The notes under the pieces were generated by a model that was given only the letters and a program-made list of their open reading frames with translations, was not told the DNA's origin and ran no database searches. Shown here in pieces: positions 28,538 through 32,000 of a DNA stretch of 32,000 nucleotides. Made by a program: the position numbers and the translations under genes. Within the stretch, counting starts at the first letter, position 1; every line of letters begins with the position of its first letter. This DNA is from Aliivibrio fischeri ES114 (GTDB lineage: Bacteria > Pseudomonadota > Gammaproteobacteria > Enterobacterales > Vibrionaceae), in NCBI RefSeq assembly GCF_000011805.1, contig NC_006841.2; one strand, 5' to 3'.

Positions 28538-29736
28538 TTATCCTCCTTAACAAATGCACCATTATTTGCAAAACCGTTGTATAACCAAGACAGTGTTGCG
28601 GAATGGCCTGAGCAGATTTGTCCCCAATGCAGAGTTTGAGAAAATAATTTTTTATCTTTTGTTAATTTATACTGTCTTGCACTGCCAGCAGAAGCTGAGC
28701 GAACATATTCGGCATTAAATCCTAATACATCAAAAAATCGGTATTGGCTTTTTTTCTTTCGGTCTTTTTTTTCTAATTTAACTTCTTTTGTTTCTGTATT
28801 AATAAAATAACGATATTGTGCCGACTCACCCCACGCATACTTTCCATCAGGGCTGATTGACCTGCTTTTCAAAAAATATTTTCTATCATACGAAAGTGAA
28901 ATGTTCTTAACAGCGAGTTTATCCTCTTCAGCTGTAGATAAACCTATTGAATAAAGTCGTTTGTTATTACTCTCGTTAAAAACAACAATCCCATAATCAG
29001 AGACCACATACCGCTTACCGCCGTATATCACCCCAACTTCTGAGAAATAAAAATCATCGTCCATTTGAGTGGTTTTGCCTGTAGCAAGTTCGTATTTCCA
29101 ATATATGGCTCTGTCTTCAAAATACAGATAGCTACTATCTTCCGCCCAGAGAAATTGAGAATGACCTAAATCTGTACCAAGTAATGTGGATTTCTGAGTT
29201 TGCACATCGAATACTACTTTATCAGTGCCACCGCTTGTTCTTGATGCATATGAATAAGCTAAATAACGGTTGTTGGGGGAACGGCGCATAATACGTACAT
29301 CACCACTAAAATCATCCGTCACTAATCGCAAATCGGTACCATCTGTTTTTATACTCCATACTTTATCGTAAGATTCGTAAATGGCTTTTTCACTAGCAGA
29401 AGCACTCACAAAATCCCCGTTATTCCACCTGAAATCCACTCTCGGTAAGTCGTAAGAATCCGCATTTGATAAATCTTCTCTTGGCCACTCTTTGGCGCTG
29501 TTCACCACAAAGCAGGGCTTCATTATTCCCGGTATCGTGCCATTGGCTTCTTTCATTAAAATGTAGTTATCTTTAGTGACATAAACACGGTTATCATCCC
29601 ACTCTTGCTCGTTAAGCAATTCGACATCAGTTTTTGGTGGTTCAACTACCGCATTTGGTGTTGAGGATTCGTCTTGGTTGCATCCGTATAGGAGTATCAC
29701 AGTGCATGCAATAAGGAATGTTTTATTTAAAGCCAT
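28534..29736 (-). CDS. Predicted lipoprotein, paralogue A (400 aa)
   Basis: Lipobox ILLYGC. Nearly identical to the adjacent ORF over long blocks. TolB/propeller-like IKTDGTDLRLVTD...RRSPNNRYLAYS and SPDGKYAWG. Confidence 0.85.
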   Translation of the reverse strand: MALNKTFLIACTVILLYGCNQDESSTPNAVVEPPKTDVELLNEQEWDDNRVYVTKDNYILMKEANGTIPGIMKPCFVVNSAKEWPREDLSNADSYDLPRVDFRWNNGDFVSASASEKAIYESYDKVWSIKTDGTDLRLVTDDFSGDVRIMRRSPNNRYLAYSYASRTSGGTDKVVFDVQTQKSTLLGTDLGHSQFLWAEDSSYLYFEDRAIYWKYELATGKTTQMDDDFYFSEVGVIYGGKRYVVSDYGIVVFNESNNKRLYSIGLSTAEEDKLAVKNISLSYDRKYFLKSRSISPDGKYAWGESAQYRYFINTETKEVKLEKKDRKKKSQYRFFDVLGFNAEYVRSASAGSARQYKLTKDKKLFSQTLHWGQICSGHSATLSWLYNGFANNGAFVKEDK

Positions 29737-30962
29737 TATTTACCCTCCTTGATAAATGCACCATTATTTGCAAAACCATTGTATAACCACGACAGTGTTG
29801 CTGAATGGCCTGAGCAGATTTGCCCCCAATGCTGAGTTTGAGAAAATAACTTTTTATCTTTTGTTAATTTATATTGCCTTGCACTGCCAGCAGAAGCTGA
29901 GCGAACATAATCGGCGTTAAGTCCTAATACATCAAAAAATCGGTATTGGCTTTTTTTCTTTCGGTCTTTTTTTTCTAATTTAACTTCTTTTGTTTCTGTA
30001 TTAATAAAATAACGATATTGTGCTGACTCACCCCACGCATACTTTCCATCAGGGCTGATTGAGCGACTTTTTAATTCATATTGTAATGAATGCTCTCTAG
30101 TGATAACTAAATAACCTTGTTCTTTTTTCTGCTCTTGTAATTCTTTTGGGTAGATGCTTACACCATACAAACGCTTATCACTCTTCTCATCATAGACACC
30201 AACACCAAAATCAGAGACCACATACCTCTTCCCACCGTATATCACCCCCACTTCTGAAAAATGGAAGTCATCGTTCATTTGGGTAGTTTTTCCTGTGGTA
30301 ATTTCGTATTTCCAATATTTGGCTCTGTCTTCAAAATACAAATAACTGCTGTCTTCCGCCCAGAGGAACTGAGAATGGCCCCTATCAGCACCCAAAACTA
30401 TCGACTCTTGGGTTTCTAAATCAAAAATAACTTTTTCAACGTTATTACTCCAAGCTAAGTAGCGATTATTAGGTGACCGACGCATCATTTTAACCGTTAC
30501 CGCTCTGTTATGTGCCCTTGGCGGAACAACATCTAAAAAATCAGTCACTAATCGTAAATCGGTGCCATCTGTTTTTATGCTCCAAATTTTGTCTCTCGCT
30601 TCATAAATCGCTTTCTCATCTGATGAGGCATTAGTAAATTCACCATTGTCCCATCTAAAATCCACTCTCGGTAAGTCGTATGAATCCGTATTTGATAAAT
30701 CTTCTCTTGGCCACTCTTTGGCGCTGTTCACCACAAAGCAGGGCTTCATTATTCCCGGTATAGTGCCATTGGCTTCTTTCATTAAGATGTAGTTATCTTT
30801 AGTGACATAAACTCGGTTATCATCCCACTCTTGCTTGTTAAGCAATTCGACGTCAGTTTTGGGTGGTTCAACTGCTGTACTTAACGTTGAGGGTTCGTCT
30901 TGGTTGCATCCGTTTAGGAAAATAAGCGCAGCTAATGCTGTCCATAGGTATTTTGAATTCAT
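29736..30962 (-). CDS. Predicted lipoprotein, paralogue B (408 aa)
   Basis: Lipobox IFLNGC. Tandem duplicate of the preceding feature; the stop overlaps the paralogue A start (TAATG). Confidence 0.85.
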   Translation of the reverse strand: MNSKYLWTALAALIFLNGCNQDEPSTLSTAVEPPKTDVELLNKQEWDDNRVYVTKDNYILMKEANGTIPGIMKPCFVVNSAKEWPREDLSNTDSYDLPRVDFRWDNGEFTNASSDEKAIYEARDKIWSIKTDGTDLRLVTDFLDVVPPRAHNRAVTVKMMRRSPNNRYLAWSNNVEKVIFDLETQESIVLGADRGHSQFLWAEDSSYLYFEDRAKYWKYEITTGKTTQMNDDFHFSEVGVIYGGKRYVVSDFGVGVYDEKSDKRLYGVSIYPKELQEQKKEQGYLVITREHSLQYELKSRSISPDGKYAWGESAQYRYFINTETKEVKLEKKDRKKKSQYRFFDVLGLNADYVRSASAGSARQYKLTKDKKLFSQTQHWGQICSGHSATLSWLYNGFANNGAFIKEGK

Positions 30963-31052
30963 GGTATCCCTACACTAATTCACTGATTGCAATGTCTTGG
31001 TATAGAATGCTGGATTTATTAACCCAGCTCATTTAACAATAAGAACCAGTTT

Positions 31053-31997
31053 TTATTCAGGCGCAGATCGAGTTTCAGTTTTATCTTTTATCCAACCTTT
31101 CAACCATTTTTTCTGTTCTTCTTTACCTTTTTTCTGCAAAGATTCCCATTTTGTTTGAGCCGATATATTGACCTTAGCTAATTTATTTCCTACTTGAATC
31201 CAAGGTAAATTCCCCTCATAAAAACTCTTACTTTCTGGCAATGTTATCGCTAATGGAGGACCTGATAAATATTTGCTTTCAACCTTATCAATACCTTCTT
31301 GATATAAGCCAAAAAGACGTAATTCAGAAGAATAAATTTCATCAGTGTCGTCATCGAGTATTGGTCCAAACGGTCTTAGTCCTTTTACCTTTTTACCAGT
31401 TGGGGATATATAGTCTAAATCGAATTTCATGATATAAACTTTTCTAGTTCGTGTCCCTACATGCAGCATTGATTGTGGCGCACCTTTGACTCTTTCAAGC
31501 ACTTGAGAAGCAAAATTTACAAAGGATTGCTTCTCTTCAGTTTGAGCATCAAATTCAACGTAATTAGCGTCTATATTTTTATAGGTATTGCCTTTCGAAT
31601 ATTTCTCTATATTTTCAAGATCATAATTAATGTCCATTACATGAAAAACAGAACTAAAGTAACTTGGCCCTTTTCCCTTTGAATTCGCTTTTATAAGCAC
31701 AGAATCTTGCTCTTCAATACTTAACTTTAGCTGCATAGCGATTTTATCAAGATTGAAACCAATACTCTTATAATCTTCACGATTATCTTTATCTGCTAAT
31801 AAGGCCACATAAATCGATGCTGATTGTTCTTTACCCCAATTAAATTGTTGCGAATTTATTGGTTTTTGCTTATCAAACCACTCAAATTTATTTCCTATAT
31901 TTAGTGCAGCAAGCGGGGTGACATGCCCTTCTATATATGGCTTTTTACCAGCACCTTTACTACTTTCATTCGCTTTAACAAAGCTTTCAACGAGCAA
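31053..31997 (-). CDS. Hypothetical protein, C-terminal part; gene continues beyond the right edge
   Basis: The 314-aa frame is still open at the window edge and the called start is a TTG with no RBS visible. No domain recognised. Confidence 0.7.
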   Translation of the reverse strand: MLVESFVKANESSKGAGKKPYIEGHVTPLAALNIGNKFEWFDKQKPINSQQFNWGKEQSASIYVALLADKDNREDYKSIGFNLDKIAMQLKLSIEEQDSVLIKANSKGKGPSYFSSVFHVMDINYDLENIEKYSKGNTYKNIDANYVEFDAQTEEKQSFVNFASQVLERVKGAPQSMLHVGTRTRKVYIMKFDLDYISPTGKKVKGLRPFGPILDDDTDEIYSSELRLFGLYQEGIDKVESKYLSGPPLAITLPESKSFYEGNLPWIQVGNKLAKVNISAQTKWESLQKKGKEEQKKWLKGWIKDKTETRSAPE

Positions 31998-32000
31998 ATC

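Overview
32 kb of a gammaproteobacterial, Vibrionaceae-like chromosome; the genus is inferred from protein flavour only. Left to right: (1) 3' part of gcvP with a strong terminator. (2) A two-gene leftward cassette at 2181-9201: a 2147-aa protein with a putative N-terminal Cap4/DUF4297-like PD-(D/E)XK nuclease, a Walker A/B STAND-type NTPase core and a very long helical C-terminus, plus a 235-aa uncharacterised partner whose ORF overlaps it by 131 nt. This Avs-like candidate anti-phage module is bracketed by a perfect 55-bp direct repeat (1936-1990 and 9921-9975) with no recombinase inside. (3) A PTS EIIC-EAL fusion. (4) An EamA transporter and an AraC/cupin regulator. (5) A PTS EIIABC gene plus manA, with 16 perfect tandem copies of GGGTCTA starting one nucleotide after the manA stop and ending before a terminator. 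(6) A divergent second fructose-type PTS cluster, including an HPr-like domain that has lost its phospho-histidine. (7) A patatin phospholipase with a predicted outer-membrane barrel. (8) A modular GH19-type chitinase. (9) tRNA-Gly(TCC). (10) An accessory tail with a nonsense-interrupted ORF, two tandem mosaic-divergent paralogous lipoproteins and a partial upstream gene, which resembles an effector with duplicated immunity genes. The best candidates for undescribed biology are the repeat-flanked NTPase/nuclease cassette and its partner, the lipoprotein cluster, and the 3'-UTR heptamer array.
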